A stretch of DNA of 64,000 nt from Pirellulales bacterium (GTDB lineage Bacteria > Planctomycetota > Planctomycetia > Pirellulales > JAICIG01), in the NCBI GenBank assembly GCA_040901675.1, contig JBBDYJ010000032.1, forward strand, positions 151,807 through 215,806. The letters run 5' to 3'. Every line of letters begins with the position of its first letter. The stretch's first letter is position 1. The notes under the pieces are model-generated. The model worked only from the letters and a program-made list of their open reading frames with translations. It ran no database searches and was not told the DNA's origin. Shown piece by piece: positions 1 to 9,990 of this stretch. A program made the translations under genes and the position numbers.

Positions 1-89
1 CGTGGATGTGCGCCAAAGTGAGCACCAACGCGCTTTATTGCGCAAGCGCCCTTGACCAGACGGAAACGCAAGGGGCAGAATCGGTTGCC

Positions 90-1151
90 ATGGAGAGCCT
101 TGTACGTCCCTTGCAGATCGGTAGCGTCGAGATCGGATTTCCGGTGGTCCAGGCCGCCCTGTCTGGTTACAGCGACCTGGCCATGCGCGTGATTGCCCGG
201 CGGCTGGGGGCTTCCTACGCGCTATGCGAAGTGGTGCTCGACCGGATCATCCTGGAGGCAGGCCGCCAGACGCGGCGGCGCTTCCAGATCAGCCGGGAAG
301 AGCATCCCGTGGGGGGGCAACTGATGGGGAGCGATCCGGAAGAGTTTGCCAGCGCGGCGGCGGAGTTGGCGGCGGCGGGGTTCGACGTGATCGACATCAA
401 CTTCGGCTGCCCGGTGCGCAAGGTGCTCGGCCGTTGCCGCGGGGGTTTCTTGCTGAGCCAGCCGGCCGTGGCCCTGCAAATCGTATCGCGGGTCCGCGAC
501 GCGGTGCCGCCTGAGAAGCCGGTCACGGTCAAGATGCGCCGCGGCATGGACGACAGCCAACAAAGCCGAGACCAGTTCTTCGCGATCTTCGATGGAGCAT
601 TCCAGCGCGGCGTGGCGGCGGTCACCGTGCATGGCCGGACTGTACAGCAACGCTACGTGGGCGCCAGCCGCTGGGAATTCCTGAGCGAGGTGAAGCGGCA
701 TGCCGGCGCACGCACCGTGCTGGGAAGCGGCGACTTGTTCACCGCGGCCGATTGCCTGGCGATGCTCCGGCAAACGGGCGTCGACGGCGTGACGGTGGCG
801 CGCGGGGCGATCGGCAACCCCTGGATCTTCGCCCAGGCCCGAGCCCTGGCGGCCGGCCTGCCGCTGCCCACGCCCCCCAGCCTGCACGAACAACGGGAGG
901 TGCTGCGCGAGCATTTTCGGCTGGCGGCCCAGGTCTACGGCCCCGATCAATGCGGCCGGCAGATGCGCAAGTTCGGCATCAAGTATTCGCAACTGCACCC
1001 GCAAGCGAGCGAAGTCCGCGATGCCTTTGTGGCAGTCAAGCGTCCCGGCGACTGGGACGAGGTGCTCGACCGCTGGTATGCTCTCGACCTGCCCGGCGTC
1101 CATCCGTGTAGCTTGGAGGCCGCCTCCGAACCGGCCGAATGCGAAGCGTGA
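90..1151 (+). CDS. dusB: tRNA-dihydrouridine synthase (Dus family)
   Basis: Motifs IDINFGCPV, TVKMRRG, VTVHGRT, GSGDL, ARGAIGNPWIF; start placed at ATG 90. Confidence 0.9.
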   Translation: MESLVRPLQIGSVEIGFPVVQAALSGYSDLAMRVIARRLGASYALCEVVLDRIILEAGRQTRRRFQISREEHPVGGQLMGSDPEEFASAAAELAAAGFDVIDINFGCPVRKVLGRCRGGFLLSQPAVALQIVSRVRDAVPPEKPVTVKMRRGMDDSQQSRDQFFAIFDGAFQRGVAAVTVHGRTVQQRYVGASRWEFLSEVKRHAGARTVLGSGDLFTAADCLAMLRQTGVDGVTVARGAIGNPWIFAQARALAAGLPLPTPPSLHEQREVLREHFRLAAQVYGPDQCGRQMRKFGIKYSQLHPQASEVRDAFVAVKRPGDWDEVLDRWYALDLPGVHPCSLEAASEPAECEA

Positions 1152-1179
1152 CCTCTGGGCACCGGCGGCCGCAGCGCAG

Positions 1180-1224
1180 CACTGCTTCTCGGCCCCGACA
1201 CGGCGGGGCCTCCAAGCAGTGGCA
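1180..1224. repeat. REP-like inverted pair, family B (CACTGCTT...AAGCAGTGGCA)
   Basis: cactgcttctc...ccaagcagtggca; same arms recur at 17929-17987, 18086-18135 and 36953-36998. Confidence 0.7.
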
Positions 1225-1247
1225 GTACTGACTTCCGGCTCCCCGTC

Positions 1248-2444
1248 TTATTCCTCCTTCCTCGGCTCGACTGAGCTCGCCGAAGTCCTTCCTCCCTCCT
1301 CCTTCATTCGGCTTCCGCCCTCCTCCTTCATTCGCAAGGCCTGCTCGATTTCGGTACGGACCAGCGGATCGGGCTCGCACGCCAGTCTGGCCAGAAGCGC
1401 CGCGCGAGCCTGCCCCTGCACGTACCGGCCCAAAGCCCAGGCACAGGCGCCGCGCACCAACGGCTCGCTGTCCGACAGGCCATGCACCAGCGCGGGCAAG
1501 GCTTCGGCCCGTGGATGGTTGCCCAGCACAATCGCCGCGTTGCGGAGAATGCCCCGCCGCTTGGGCCGCCAGAGAGGCGTGTGCCGGAAGCGGCGGCGGA
1601 AGGCGGCCTCGTCCAAGTCGAACAGGCCGGCCAGGTCGAGCGGATTCATTCCGTCGGCCGGTTGGAGTGCCGGTTCGTCAGCCGTCGGCGCTCGGTGGTT
1701 CCAAGGGCACACCTCCTGGCAAACGTCGCAGCCCAGCAGCCAGTCGCCGACGCCGGCCCGCAGCTCGCCGGGCACGCTGGTCCGCAGCTCGATCGTCAGG
1801 TAACTGATGCAGCGGCGGCTGTCGAGCACGTAGGGCTCGACGAAGGCCTGGGTCGGGCAGGCGTCGAGGCATGCCCGGCAGGTTCCGCAGTGATCGGTTT
1901 CGTGGGGCTCGTCGTAGGCCAGCTCCTGGTCGGTGACCAGGGCCGCCAGAAAAAACCAGCTTCCCAGGTTCTTGTTCAACAGCAGGGTGTTCTTGCCGAT
2001 CCAGCCGAGGCCGGCCAGTTGGGCGAACTCCCGTTCCAGCAGCGGCGCCGTATCGACGACTCCGCGGGCACTCGCCTGCGGCGCGAGTTGGTGAAACACT
2101 TGCAGAAGCCGGCGGAGCCGCTGGTGGATCAAGTCGTGGTAATCGCCCCCCCAGGCGTACCGCGACACGCGTCCCTGCCCGGCGCGGGTTGCCGCCGGCT
2201 CGGCAGTCCGGTAATTCATCGCCAGCAGCAGCAGGCTGCGGGCGCTGTCCAAAACGAGCTTGGGATGGGAGTAGGCCTGCTCGCGATCGGCCAGGTAGTG
2301 CATCTGGCCGGCATATCCCCGGTCGAGCCACTCGTGGAAGCGATGAATTCCTCGTGGAGTCACCGCCGGGCAAGCCCCTGCCAGGGAAAAGCCGGTTCGC
2401 GACGCCTCCTCCTTTAACCGGTCGGTGAGCTGCCTTGGATCCAT
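1248..2444 (-). CDS. queG: Epoxyqueuosine reductase with C-terminal HEAT-like repeats
   Basis: SRYAWGGDYH, VDTAPLLERE, GWIGKN, CGTCRACLDACP, CISYLTIE, GCDVCQEVCPWN. Confidence 0.93.
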   Translation of the reverse strand: MDPRQLTDRLKEEASRTGFSLAGACPAVTPRGIHRFHEWLDRGYAGQMHYLADREQAYSHPKLVLDSARSLLLLAMNYRTAEPAATRAGQGRVSRYAWGGDYHDLIHQRLRRLLQVFHQLAPQASARGVVDTAPLLEREFAQLAGLGWIGKNTLLLNKNLGSWFFLAALVTDQELAYDEPHETDHCGTCRACLDACPTQAFVEPYVLDSRRCISYLTIELRTSVPGELRAGVGDWLLGCDVCQEVCPWNHRAPTADEPALQPADGMNPLDLAGLFDLDEAAFRRRFRHTPLWRPKRRGILRNAAIVLGNHPRAEALPALVHGLSDSEPLVRGACAWALGRYVQGQARAALLARLACEPDPLVRTEIEQALRMKEEGGSRMKEEGGRTSASSVEPRKEE

Positions 2445-2638
2445 GACTCTATTGTAAGAGTTGCACAGCCCCGTAACGGGAGATCCCCCGGCCCTCCAAA
2501 AGAACTGCCGAGCCGGGCGCGTTGACCCACTTGTTGCGGGCGGGGGCGGCGCTCACAATGGAATGGGAGAGGGTATCATCAGAAAAAAGGGCCGGCCGCG
2601 GTGGAAACACGCCCGGCCTTGCGGAGAAAACAGAGACC

Positions 2639-2959
2639 ATGAAGTCGATTCGCTGGATGTTGTTGGCGGCCGCGGCGGGGACGGGATTGCTGGCAGCCGC
2701 GGCGGGCATTGCCGGCTGTGGCCCTCGACTGAGCCGTCAGGACTTGGGGGAGATCTTCGTGAATCCCAGGGAGTTGCCGGCCTTCAACCAGCCGTACGAC
2801 CTGCCCGTGGAGCCCCCGCCCAAGTCCGAAGCAGACACCCAGGCATCGCCCGGCGGGCCAGAACCGATGCCGCGGCCCGGCCAGATGCCCACCCCACCCG
2901 CCCCAAGAGGCGGAAAGGGCCAGCCGGCGGCACCGGCACGGCCGAACACGCCGAACTGA
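2639..2959 (+). CDS. Putative Pro-rich lipoprotein
   Basis: Basic N-terminus, hydrophobic stretch and lipobox-like IAGC; Pro-rich tail. Confidence 0.55.
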   Translation: MKSIRWMLLAAAAGTGLLAAAAGIAGCGPRLSRQDLGEIFVNPRELPAFNQPYDLPVEPPPKSEADTQASPGGPEPMPRPGQMPTPPAPRGGKGQPAAPARPNTPN

Positions 2960-3075
2960 GCAGGCTGGGCCGGTTTTTTCTGTTGTACCGGTTTCGATTC
3001 GGATTAGCCTGGAAGGTTGGGACCTGCGCCGGTCCCGACACAAGTCACTTCGAGGGTATCCGAATGCACGTTCCA

Positions 3076-3522
3076 ATGAAACACCTGGTGTGGGCCGCCG
3101 CCGTCGTGTGCGGCCTGCAGGTCTCGACCGCCTCCGCTCAGCAGGTCGCGGGCAATCCTTGCCTGTACGGCTTCAACGGCGGGTACGGACTGTACTACAA
3201 CATCTACGGGTATGAGACGGTGCCGTACTTCGCGCTGCACCCGCCGGTTTACTACAGCTATCCGGTCGCCCGGCCCTACGGTTACAGCCCGTGGGCTTAC
3301 CCGCCCGGCACGATGACTCCGGACGTCGAATCGGTCCAGCCGAAGGAGATGATCAATCCCCACGTCGAGCCGGCGCCGGCACAGCCGACAAACGACAATT
3401 CGGCCCGGCGCGCAGACGATGCTCCCGTGCCACTAGTCATCCTGAACCCGTTTGTCGACCAGGCGCAGGACGCTGCCGCGCAGTCGGGTATTATCCGTCC
3501 TGCGAAGCTGGTGATCCACTAA
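3076..3522 (+). CDS. Secreted Tyr/Gly/Pro-rich hypothetical protein
   Basis: Signal peptide MKHLVWAAAVVCGLQVSTASA; PYFALHPPVYYSYPVARPYG segment; alternative ATG at 3064. Confidence 0.7.
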   Translation: MKHLVWAAAVVCGLQVSTASAQQVAGNPCLYGFNGGYGLYYNIYGYETVPYFALHPPVYYSYPVARPYGYSPWAYPPGTMTPDVESVQPKEMINPHVEPAPAQPTNDNSARRADDAPVPLVILNPFVDQAQDAAAQSGIIRPAKLVIH

Positions 3523-4109
3523 GAGCCGGAACCGCGCATCAGCTCTTGCAGCATTTCGGCCAGCAGTTCCATGGGGAGCCCGACCACGTTGGTTGGGCTC
3601 CCCTTTTTGATGCTCAGCCAGCCAAGCCGGTCCTGGTAGCCAAAGGCTCCGGCCTTGCCTTGCCAAAGCCCGCTGGCCAGGTAATCGGTAATCTGCTCCG
3701 GCGAGAGCCGCTCCATGGCCAGCGTGGTCTCGGCAACTTCGACCCGCGGCCGGCCGTGGCCCAGGCGCCAGACGCACAGGCCGCTCAACACGCGGTGTTC
3801 GCGCCCGCTGAGGGTTTCGAGCATTTGCCTGGCGTGCGCCTCGTCGCGGGGCTTGCCGAGGATCTTCCCGTCGCACAGGGCCACCGTATCGCAGGCGACC
3901 AGGATGCCCTGTTCGACTCGCCGGGCCACGTCGGCCGCTTTTTCGAGCGCCAGGCGGGCCACGAAGTCGCGGGGATTCTCACCTGGGGCGATTGCGCTCT
4001 CGGCCGCTTCGCCGGGCGGCACCACGCGGAAGTGGTAGCCCGCTTCGGCCAGCAGCGACCGTCGGCGGTCGGAGCCGCTGGCCAGGATCAGTTCGTGTGG
4101 GAAGGTCAT
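3519..4109 (-). CDS. maf: Maf family nucleoside triphosphate pyrophosphatase
   Basis: LILASGSDRR, ACDTV, ILGKP, LSGREH, GKAGAFG, NVVGLP. Confidence 0.92.
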   Translation of the reverse strand: MTFPHELILASGSDRRRSLLAEAGYHFRVVPPGEAAESAIAPGENPRDFVARLALEKAADVARRVEQGILVACDTVALCDGKILGKPRDEAHARQMLETLSGREHRVLSGLCVWRLGHGRPRVEVAETTLAMERLSPEQITDYLASGLWQGKAGAFGYQDRLGWLSIKKGSPTNVVGLPMELLAEMLQELMRGSGS

Positions 4110-4177
4110 CGAAATCAGCGCCTGGACAGCTTCGCGGCGGCCCGCATTTGGCCTCTCAGCATGGTACAACGTGGTCT

Positions 4178-4855
4178 ATGCACGATCCAAGGCTGGAAGT
4201 CTTGTACGAAGACAACCACCTGCTGGCCTTGAACAAGCCGGCCGGCCTGGCCACGATGGGCGTGTCGGCCGACGTGCCGAGCCTGCTTTCGCTGGCCCGG
4301 GACTACATCAAGCACCGTTACAACAAGCCGGGCAACGTCTACCTTGGCGCCATGAGCCGGCTCGATGCGCCCGTGACCGGCGTGGTGCTTTTCGCCCGGA
4401 CCTCCAAAGCGGCCGCCCGGTTGACGGAGCAGTTCCGCGGCCGGTCCGTGGAAAAGGCGTACTGGGCGATCGTGGCCGGCGGCCTGCCGAAGCCGGCCGA
4501 GGAGTGCGTCGATTGGATCCGCAAGGACGAACGGCACCGCCGCATGCACTTGGCCGGCGAGGGGCAGGCCGGCGCGCAGCTCGCGCGACTGCACTATCGG
4601 CGGCTGCGGCAAGTGCCCGGCGGCTGGCTGCTGGAGGTCGAGCTGGCGACGGGCCGCAAGCATCAGATCCGCCTGCAGTTGTCCGCGCGTGGCTTTCCCG
4701 TGCTGGGCGACCGGAAGTACGGCAGCCGCGAGGCGTTCGCCTCCGGGATTGCGCTGCACTCGCGGCGCCTCGTCTTCGAGCATCCCACCCGCGGCGAAGC
4801 GATCGTGCTGGAAGCGCCGCTGCCGGCCGCCTGGCAGCGGTTTGGCTTGCAGTGA
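4178..4855 (+). CDS. RluA family pseudouridine synthase
   Basis: LYEDNHLLALNKPAG, SRLDAPVTG, TGRKHQIR, GDRKYG. Confidence 0.92.
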   Translation: MHDPRLEVLYEDNHLLALNKPAGLATMGVSADVPSLLSLARDYIKHRYNKPGNVYLGAMSRLDAPVTGVVLFARTSKAAARLTEQFRGRSVEKAYWAIVAGGLPKPAEECVDWIRKDERHRRMHLAGEGQAGAQLARLHYRRLRQVPGGWLLEVELATGRKHQIRLQLSARGFPVLGDRKYGSREAFASGIALHSRRLVFEHPTRGEAIVLEAPLPAAWQRFGLQ

Positions 4856-4871
4856 CCCCATTCATGGGGTC
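4849..4871 (+). repeat. REP-like palindrome, family D (G[T/C]AGTGACCCCATT[C/T]ATGGGGTC)
   Basis: gcagtgaccccattcatggggtc; related copies at 11629-11651 (minus) and 16360-16382. Confidence 0.75.
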
Positions 4872-6463
4872 GTTCTTCCGGCCACCTGTCGTCCTTCGTT
4901 TGTCGCCACCGGACCCGCCGCAAGCAGTGCTTCGAGCCTCTCGGGAGCGACCGGCTTGACGAGATGGTGGTCGAAGCCGGCTTCGTAAGAGCGTTTTTGG
5001 TCGTCGTCCTGGCTGAAGCCGGTCAACGCCACGAGCAGAATCGACTTGAAGTGCGGCCGCATCCGTAATTGCCTGGCCACGTCGTAGCCGCTGATGCCCG
5101 GCAAGCCGATGTCGAGCAAGACCACGTCGGGACGATACGCTTCCGAAGCCTCGACCGCTGCCAAACCGTCGTGGACGACTCGAACATCGTGCTTCCAGGC
5201 CCGCACGAGCATGGCCAGCGTGTTGGCGGTATCCTCGCGGTCGTCAACGATCAGCACGCGGCGGCCGCCGGAGTTGCCTGCCAGCGGGTGCACCGCCGGC
5301 CGTGGGCTCGCCGCGGGCTGGGGTTTCCGCCCATCGGGGCGATCAGATGGCTCAATCGGTTTCTGCGGCGATTGGGGCTTGGCTCTCTCCGCCGCCAGGG
5401 GCAGGCGGACGGTGAATTCGCTCCCCTGTCCCTCGCCTCTGCTAGCGACCACGATGGTTCCGCCGTGCATTTCCACCAGGCGGCGGACTAACGCCAGTCC
5501 GATGCCCAGGCCCCCTTGCGATCGCTCGTGCCTGTCGTCGACCTGCATGAACAGGTCGAACAATCGCGGCAGCAGGTGCGCTGGAATGCCGATGCCGTTA
5601 TCGCGCACGGTTAGCAGGGCCTGATCGCGCTCGCGCCGGGCCGCCAACCAGATGCGGCCGCCCCGGTTGGTGTACTTGGCGGCGTTGTTCAGGAGGTTGG
5701 TGACCACTTGCGCCACCCGGACCGGGTCGGCCTCGAGCCAGACGGCCTCGTCCGGCAGGGAGATGGTCAGTTCGTGGCCGTACGCATCGATGACGGGCCC
5801 GCTCGTTTCCAGCGCCTGGCGAACCGCCGCCCCGAGTTCGACCGGCTGCTTTTCGATCGTGAACTTGCCTTGCCGGATGCGAGAGATATCCAACAGGTCG
5901 TCGACCAGCCTGACGATGTGCTGCACCTGCCGCTGCATCATGCCGCGCACCGATTGGCGCGTTTCCGGGTCGGCATCGTCCAACAGGTGCAAAGCACTGC
6001 GGATGGGAGTCAGCGGGTTGCGCAGTTCATGCCCCAACAGGGCCAGGAACTCGTCCTTGCGCCGATCCGCGGCACGCAGCTCTTCGCTCAGCCGGGTATT
6101 TTCCAGGGCCACGGCCTCCGCGCGGCGGCGAGCCACCCGCAACGACTCGGTCAGCACGACGATGGCGATGCCGACGAGAAAGTAAATCGACAGGCTGATC
6201 AAGTCGTCGGGAGCGGTGATCGCGAGCGAGCCGTGCGGTGGAACGAAATGATTGGCGGCCGAGACCGTACCCAGCGCCAGGGCCAGGATCGACGGGCCAA
6301 GCCCGCCGTGCCAGGCCGAGAAAATCACCGGCAGATAGAAGATGCCGAACGGGATCCGCTCGTCGAGCAGCGGCGCCAACAGCGCCCGCAGCCAGGTGGC
6401 CAGCGCCACACCCAGCACCGCCGTGCCGTAGCGCACCAGCAGTGAGCCGATTGTTCGAGCCAT
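4862..6463 (-). CDS. Hybrid sensor histidine kinase/response regulator with DUF4118-like membrane input
   Basis: Four N-terminal TM helices; H-box [11 protein letters not shown]1/F/G2 boxes; receiver LIVDD...LLDIGLP...KP. Confidence 0.9.
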   Translation of the reverse strand: MARTIGSLLVRYGTAVLGVALATWLRALLAPLLDERIPFGIFYLPVIFSAWHGGLGPSILALALGTVSAANHFVPPHGSLAITAPDDLISLSIYFLVGIAIVVLTESLRVARRRAEAVALENTRLSEELRAADRRKDEFLALLGHELRNPLTPIRSALHLLDDADPETRQSVRGMMQRQVQHIVRLVDDLLDISRIRQGKFTIEKQPVELGAAVRQALETSGPVIDAYGHELTISLPDEAVWLEADPVRVAQVVTNLLNNAAKYTNRGGRIWLAARRERDQALLTVRDNGIGIPAHLLPRLFDLFMQVDDRHERSQGGLGIGLALVRRLVEMHGGTIVVASRGEGQGSEFTVRLPLAAERAKPQSPQKPIEPSDRPDGRKPQPAASPRPAVHPLAGNSGGRRVLIVDDREDTANTLAMLVRAWKHDVRVVHDGLAAVEASEAYRPDVVLLDIGLPGISGYDVARQLRMRPHFKSILLVALTGFSQDDDQKRSYEAGFDHHLVKPVAPERLEALLAAGPVATNEGRQVAGRTTP

Positions 6464-6607
6464 CTGCCGCTCCTCCTGCCCTCGCTCCATCCAGCCAGCA
6501 GCCGTTGCCTGGCCCAAACCCGCCGACCCGGCACTGCACTGCATCCTATCGCGAGCCTCAGGCAAGCTCAAGCGGCCCCGCGGATGGGCTCCGGGAGCGG
6601 CCGCGGT

Positions 6608-6808
6608 CTATTGCTCCTGCCGCTCTGCCCACCAGTGCTTCCAGGCGGCGGTGTCCCAAAAAAAATTCTCCGCGAAACGGTCCCGCAGCGGGTTGAAGGC
6701 CCAATGAACGTCCGGTCCCTGTTCGAGCGTTGCCTCGATGGCCACGTTCACCTTGTGCCGCCACCAGAGGCGGGGAAAAAACGTCAGCGCCGCCGCGACC
6801 ATCGCCAC
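6608..6808 (-). CDS. Small hypothetical protein, start uncertain, possibly a fragment
   Basis: In-frame upstream RFRLRTLLVAVA leader of a style common in planctomycete membrane-anchored proteins, but no ATG before it. Confidence 0.4.
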   Translation of the reverse strand: MAMVAAALTFFPRLWWRHKVNVAIEATLEQGPDVHWAFNPLRDRFAENFFWDTAAWKHWWAERQEQ

Positions 6809-6928
6809 GGCGACCAGCAGCGTCCGCAGGCGGAATCTGGGCCGAAAGTTCCTGTTGGGCAGCGGCGCTCCGCGTTTTCGGACTGGTCATCGGCCTCGTG
6901 GAACCAGTCCCTGATCCTGCAAACGCCG

Positions 6929-7537
6929 TCATCCTACCGCGCGGTCTGGGCGGCGGCCACGAGTTGGTGTGGTCGAATCCGACCGCGGGTGCCGGCGCAG
7001 TTTGAACTGCCGGCGGGCGAACTGCGGGTCGGGCGACGCTACTCGGCCTCGGCGGGATCCTTGTTCGAGAAGTTCTTCTCCGACCATGACGTCGGCGATC
7101 AAGGTGGTGAAGTCCTGTGCCGGGTTGCAGACGTCCACGTCGCCGGAGAAGTGTCCCCCTTGGACGGCCTTTAACGTAAACCGGACTTCCAGGGCCTGTC
7201 CCGGCGGGACGCTGGTTCCAAAGCTCCAACTCATTTGGCCGAAAACATGCATCGTGCCTGTGGGCTCCGGAACGATCGCGACAACCTGGAAACCATCCAG
7301 GAACGCGTCGTCGATGTCGATGCTGTCGAGCGTGACCGCTTTATCGTGAGGGTTGGTGGTGGTGACCACCATGGTGAGCGTTTCGCCCAGCGTTGCTTCC
7401 GAGGGAAGCGAAAGCGAGGCATCGAGCTTGGGCAATTCCGTGAACAGCCAAACCGCGACGCCCAAGCCGATAACGACGGTGAACAGCAGGGCCGCACCCA
7501 GACAGCCGATCACGCCGATCACGATTTTGTTGTTCAT
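6929..7537 (-). CDS. Membrane-anchored hypothetical protein with beta-rich domain
   Basis: AGGA before ATG 7537; N-terminal TM MNNKIVIGVIGCLGAALL; beta-strand pattern downstream. Confidence 0.65.
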   Translation of the reverse strand: MNNKIVIGVIGCLGAALLFTVVIGLGVAVWLFTELPKLDASLSLPSEATLGETLTMVVTTTNPHDKAVTLDSIDIDDAFLDGFQVVAIVPEPTGTMHVFGQMSWSFGTSVPPGQALEVRFTLKAVQGGHFSGDVDVCNPAQDFTTLIADVMVGEELLEQGSRRGRVASPDPQFARRQFKLRRHPRSDSTTPTRGRRPDRAVG

Positions 7538-7594
7538 TTCCTGCCTTTCGAAGGCTCCGCGGGCACCAGCGGATGGGGAGGCACGCGAACACCT

Positions 7595-7780
7595 GTGGAA
7601 AACGCGGGGAAAACGGGGGTTGCGGCCGAAAGCGGCGCAGAAAGCGGCGCACCTGGCGCACAATCCGGACCCGCCGACCCCGATCTTGCCCGGCTGGTGG
7701 CCGCGTGGCCGACGCTGCCCGACGCGGTGCGGCGGTGCATTGTCGTGCTGCTGAACGACACGACGGGGGCGAAGGGCTGA
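7595..7780 (+). CDS. Small att-adjacent ORF (DPDLARLVAAWPTLP type)
   Basis: GTG start just inside the att repeat; peptide style I associate with planctomycete island ends (recollection, not searched). Confidence 0.4.
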   Translation: MENAGKTGVAAESGAESGAPGAQSGPADPDLARLVAAWPTLPDAVRRCIVVLLNDTTGAKG

Positions 7781-7914
7781 CGCCCCTCCCGGCTCGTCTA
7801 CGTCTACGATATTGCCCATGACGCGACGTGCGGGAGCGCCAGTAGGAACCCGCGGTATTCCCTGCCCGCGTGGGTGGGCGCGGCCCGCCTGCCCTAGGGA
7901 CCGTCCCGAGGAGC

Positions 7915-8255
7915 TTAAGGTGTCTTCCTCTGGAGCGCCTGGATGAAATACATCAGGTTAGTGTGGATCACTTGTGCCTGCGGTACGATTTTGGGCGCCC
8001 ATACAATGCCCTCCTTCGTCGTTTCAAACTGACGGTTGATCTTGTATGCAACCGCGTTCCACATCGACCACAGCTTGTCGCGGTAGCCGCCAATCCTGAT
8101 GCTCTTCGCCAGATACCCCTGGGAGTAAATGCATAACCTGGCGTATTGGAGCGTTGGGCTTTCGAGGAGTTGCATGAAGTTGATGTCACCCTGGTCCATT
8201 TGGTAGGACTTCAGCCTGAAGTCGGCAATCATTCCCCTGGCAAGCTCATCGCGCT
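7915..8255 (-). pseudogene. 3' remnant of an unknown gene
   Basis: Protein-like composition and low GC; its 5' end runs directly into the truncated kinase on the opposite strand. Confidence 0.45.
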
Positions 8256-8859
8256 CGCGCCCGCGTACCCGAAGGCCCAGCGCTTCAAGGTCCGTCAACA
8301 TTCGGTCGATGCCGTCGGTGGAATCGTGTCCCGCCTAGCCGCGCTGCCGGATGCCCAGATGCAAACGGTTCCCGGTGGCATTGGAGGGGCGTTGGAAGTT
8401 TTCGTCGGATACGTCATGCTGGACGCCTGGATTGCCAACCAAGACCGGCACCACGAGAATTGGGGAGCGCTTTGGGATGGCACGGCATTGCGACTGGCCC
8501 CAACATTCGATCATGGCGCGGCGCTGGCGCGGAATCTGCTGGACGATGAACGACAAGACCGGATGACGAGCAAGGATCGAAACCGGACCGTTGCGGCCTT
8601 TGCGGCAAGGGGGCGAAGCGCGTTCTACGCTTCGCCCGACGATCAACGGCCGTTGGAGCTGCGCGAGACGTTTCGATCCTTTGCCCGCCAAGTTCCCCCT
8701 GCCGCACTGGCCTGGCTGGATCGCCTTCGAGCGGTGAAGCACGACGAAATCTGGGGTATCCTAGAAGGAGTGCCCGTGTCTCGCATGACGGAGACGTGCA
8801 AGCGGTTCACGATGGAATTGCTGCTGACCAACCAACGGCGGTTGACTGAAGAGGATTGA
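8254..8859 (+). pseudogene. HipA-like (HipA_C/CtkA-type) kinase, 5'-truncated
   Basis: Catalytic LDAWIANQDRHHENWG and LAPTFDHGAAL; no Gly-rich loop or N-lobe upstream. Confidence 0.75.
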
Positions 8860-8864
8860 ACGGC

Positions 8865-9620
8865 ATGAACTCACTATTCGTTGCCTGGCGTCCGCCCATG
8901 CCCGATCCGACTGGCTGGCGGCCCGTGGGGCGACTTGAACACGATGGCGAGCTCTACCGATTCTGGTACACGCGGGGTGCGCGGAAGCCCGGCTTTCGAC
9001 CATTTGCGCAGATGGAGACCTTGGACCAAGTGTACGAGTCGGAAGAGTTGTTCCCCCTCTTCGCCAATCGGCTGTTGCCCAAGTCGCGGCCGGAATACGA
9101 AGCCTACCTGCGTTGGAGCGGCTTCCAAATCGCAAACCCACCCGATCCGATTTTGGTCTTGGCCGTAACCGAAGGGATTCGGCAAACGGATGCAGTCGAA
9201 GTCTTCCCGTGTCCAACGCCCGATGCTGGCGGCTGCTATCTCAACAAGTTTTTTCTGCACGGCATTCGTTGGCTGCCCGCGCCTGCCGTTGAGCGGATTT
9301 CGCGATTGGCGCCCGGCGAACCCTTGAAGCTAATGCTTGACCTACAGAATGATTACGATCCAAATGCCGTCGCGGTCCGCACGAAAGCCGACCGAATGCA
9401 AATCGGGTACGTCCCGCGCTACCTGGCGCATGACGTTTGGCAGCTTGTGGGAGGGTGTGGCGTGGAGTTTATCAAGCTGTCCGTGGATCGCGTCAATCCC
9501 GACGCCCCGCTGCACAACCGCGTGCTTTGCCGAATGCACGCTTGTTGGCCTGATGGCTTTCGACCGTGTAGCGGTGAAGATTTTGAGCCGATCCCGGCCG
9601 GCGTTCCAGCCAACTGCTAA
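8865..9620 (+). CDS. HipS-like/HIRAN domain protein (putative antitoxin)
   Basis: N-terminal VGRL...YRFWY...LFPLFANRLLP; C-terminal HIRAN NDYDPNAVAV...IGYVPRYLA; closely follows kinase stop (alternative TTG at 8856). Confidence 0.8.
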   Translation: MNSLFVAWRPPMPDPTGWRPVGRLEHDGELYRFWYTRGARKPGFRPFAQMETLDQVYESEELFPLFANRLLPKSRPEYEAYLRWSGFQIANPPDPILVLAVTEGIRQTDAVEVFPCPTPDAGGCYLNKFFLHGIRWLPAPAVERISRLAPGEPLKLMLDLQNDYDPNAVAVRTKADRMQIGYVPRYLAHDVWQLVGGCGVEFIKLSVDRVNPDAPLHNRVLCRMHACWPDGFRPCSGEDFEPIPAGVPANC

Positions 9621-9675
9621 TCCGCAAAACCCAATTGATTTTGGCGAAACCCGCAGGGGTAAGGGGTGGTACGGA

Positions 9676-9831
9676 ATGGGCGGGTTTGGTAGCGGAAGCT
9701 GGTATCGGTGGGAGGGGAAGAAAGCAACCGTCGAAGAATCGCTGACCCTGGGGACGCGGGACTTTCGAGGGAGGCTGTACCCGCATTCGGCCGGCAAGTT
9801 CACTTGGACATTTGGCCGCGGTGCCGCTTGA
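9676..9831 (+). pseudogene. N-terminal fragment of an island-type hypothetical protein (MGGFGSGSWYRW)
   Basis: ORF of about 51 aa that stops exactly at the att/tRNA junction. Confidence 0.5.
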
Positions 9832-9832
9832 G

Positions 9833-9919
9833 CGGATGGGGAGGGATTCGAACCCCCGGAGGACTTGCGCCCTCAGCAGTTTTCAAGACTGCCGCCTTAG
9901 ACCACTCGGCCACCCATCC
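9833..9919 (-). tRNA. tRNA-Ser(TGA), CCA not encoded
   Basis: GGATGGG acceptor stem, D arm GCCGAGTGGTCTAAGGC, anticodon arm GCAGT-CTTGAAA-ACTGC, long variable arm, GGTTCGAATCC T arm. Confidence 0.97.
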
Positions 9920-9960
9920 GGTTGTCGAGCCGCCCAGGCTCGCGCGGGCCGCTCGGGCCA

Positions 9961-9990
9961 ACTCTAGCAACGCCAGAGGCCGACTGTCAA
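9961..9990 (-). promoter_or_regulatory. sigma70-type promoter for tRNA-Ser
   Basis: TTGACA-N18-TAGAGT with TGn extension on the minus strand, about 40 bp upstream of the tRNA. Confidence 0.6.

Larger units (their letters stand above)
7568..9844. mobile_element. Decayed genomic island integrated at the 3' end of tRNA-Ser
   Basis: 14-bp direct repeat agcggatggggagg at 7568-7581 and 9831-9844 (tRNA 3' end); truncated cargo genes; visibly lower GC; no integrase. Confidence 0.75.

Noticed and set aside
8146..8253. TTG 8146 as the real kinase start
   Set aside because: The segment looks like the antisense of the neighbouring remnant and lacks kinase N-lobe motifs
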